Of a stretch of 64,000 nucleotides of DNA, positions 62,556-64,000 are shown piece after piece. Source of the stretch: an uncultured Candidatus Binatia bacterium (GTDB lineage Bacteria; Desulfobacterota; Binatia; Bin18); NCBI GenBank assembly GCA_965214605.1, contig OZ243961.1:3872001-3936000 (forward strand). The letters are read 5' to 3'. The notes below the pieces were generated by a model that saw nothing but the letters and a program-made list of their open reading frames with translations, did not search any database and was not told where the DNA came from. A program made the translations under genes and the position numbers. The first letter of the stretch is position 1. Each line of letters opens with the position of its first letter.

Positions 62556-63536
62556 CTACTGTCTCTTTTTTGTCACGGCTGAAGTAGGATAAGATTCGTC
62601 AAGACGCCGGAGAAAAGCTTCTGGAGCTTCATATGTCTTCTTCACCTCGACCAGAAACTCGTCAAGCCGCGGCCCGCTCATTACCTGATAGTCTCCGATA
62701 GTTTCCGAGAGGAGATTTGTCAGGACGCCGTCCTCTCCGCGAATAGCCGAAACAATCTCAGTCGTTTGTAACGGGTGTTCCTTGTCAGTGAGGCGTTGAT
62801 AGGTTGCCTGAGTCAGCTCTAAGGAGCTGAAGATTTCAGTCCGGGAAAAAACAAGGCCAAGAATACTGTTCTGGACTCTCCCGATACGAGACGAAATGGC
62901 ACCGTAGCGGGAGCTCCGCAAAATGTTTCCGCACGCATAAAGCAGTTCGTCAGCAGTGACATCTTTGAGGACTTCGAGGTCAATGAAATGCGACTCAGGT
63001 TTAACGTACTCGCTTTCGTTGATGCTTGTTGACGGCTCTCCGGTGAGAGGATTACGCATGGTACCATTGTCAAAGAGTGCATTAAAAGTCTTGGTGTCTA
63101 CAATTGAAGGAGCCGGTAGCAAGGAGAAGGCATCTTCGGTCAAAACCCTCGATTTTTGAGCCCCTCCCCCACCAGCCGCAAATCCATAGAGCCAACAGTC
63201 TACACATTGCTCACAGGGATTATTGGTGTTGAGCATACACTCTTCTGTCCCATCTTTGATTTTTTTGAGGAGGCCAAAACTTCGCAACAGTTCTCTGCCC
63301 GTCCGGCGTTCAACAGCGGTTTGTTTGCGCTTGGAAATGACGATTCGGGGAATCACTTCACTGTCATTGAGTCCTGCTCGGACAAACTCACGGTTCAACG
63401 GCTCACCGCTTCCTTCGGTCCGAAAGATGGCCTCGGATTTTGTTTCACGTAGGACAATAAGGTTCACATATCGCCCTTGGGGCAGATTGGAATATTCACT
63501 CAGCAGAAAATCTGGGTACGCGCTCAGTGTATTCAT
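62556..63536 (-). CDS. cas7d: Type I-D Cas7/Csc2
   Basis: FRTEG; KRKQTAVERRTGR; CVDCWLYGFA; RYGAISSR. Confidence 0.92.
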   Translation of the reverse strand: MNTLSAYPDFLLSEYSNLPQGRYVNLIVLRETKSEAIFRTEGSGEPLNREFVRAGLNDSEVIPRIVISKRKQTAVERRTGRELLRSFGLLKKIKDGTEECMLNTNNPCEQCVDCWLYGFAAGGGGAQKSRVLTEDAFSLLPAPSIVDTKTFNALFDNGTMRNPLTGEPSTSINESEYVKPESHFIDLEVLKDVTADELLYACGNILRSSRYGAISSRIGRVQNSILGLVFSRTEIFSSLELTQATYQRLTDKEHPLQTTEIVSAIRGEDGVLTNLLSETIGDYQVMSGPRLDEFLVEVKKTYEAPEAFLRRLDESYPTSAVTKKRQ

Positions 63537-63554
63537 CTTCTCTCCTTCCGCTTT

Positions 63555-64000
63555 CTACTCGGGGCTTTCAGCGTTTATCGCTTCCTTGGTGTTATTTCTT
63601 TCTTCCCGTTTGTCTTGGAGGGCTGCGTTCAAGTAAAAGAGGTACGCTTCCTTCAGAGATTTTTCGTCACTGAGAAAGCGGGCGAAGCTGTTTCCATAAC
63701 TCTCGCGCAGTAAGTCATAGAATACTGCAACGAAACGGGTAATCTTTTCGTGCTTGGCTGCGCCGGGCTTATACTGAGGATCGGCCAGGCGTTCTATACG
63801 ATCGAAGATAGCCTGACTTGTTGCAGCCTGGACGGCGTCGAGATCGAGCGGTTCTGACTTGCGCCGCAAACGGTCGAAGGCAAGAGTCAGTGGATCAAGT
63901 AAAGAGTTCCGTTTAAAGCTGCTCCCTCGCAAAGTGTGCTCCGCCGCAAGTTTGGCCATGGTCTTCAAACGCGTTGATACGGCCTGTTCTGCCATTGTCT
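63555..64000 (-). CDS. cas10d: Cas10d/Csc3 C-terminus (Cas11d region); frame open at window edge
   Basis: Helical small-subunit-like region directly upstream of csc2; in-frame ATG at 63995. Confidence 0.75.
   Translation of the reverse strand, partial: TMAEQAVSTRLKTMAKLAAEHTLRGSSFKRNSLLDPLTLAFDRLRRKSEPLDLDAVQAATSQAIFDRIERLADPQYKPGAAKHEKITRFVAVFYDLLRESYGNSFARFLSDEKSLKEAYLFYLNAALQDKREERNNTKEAINAESPE

Overview
Bacterial window with three zones. (1) About 1-21.1 kb is a decaying mobile/defence island. It holds two copies of a tyrosine-recombinase / small membrane protein / structured non-coding region / ardC module, hicA-hicB, a class III nucleotide-cyclase-like gene, a broken DUF6527-type ubiquitin-like operon (E2, JAB-E1, DUF6527) and a translationally coupled operon of prokaryotic Argonaute + 120-aa helical protein + HExxH metallopeptidase-like protein. 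It also carries two covarying copies of a tRNA-like RNA whose anticodon loop is extended by a long hairpin, and a solitary type I-C CRISPR repeat. (2) About 21.1-47.4 kb is metabolic/housekeeping (pdxJ, infA, LLM/F420 oxidoreductases, amidohydrolases, MFS, pepF). A methyltransferase pseudogene here contains a 37-bp duplication with 36-bp inserts, which looks like off-target Cas1-Cas2 spacer integration. (3) About 47.5-64 kb holds a leader-bearing one-spacer mini-array, a GC-rich gene-fragment mosaic, a type I-D CRISPR array (76 repeats by manual count) and the I-D cas operon. Best candidates for undescribed biology: the Argonaute-peptidase operon, the extended-anticodon tRNA mimic and the ectopic neo-CRISPR. 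All family calls come from motif recognition by eye; no database searches were run.
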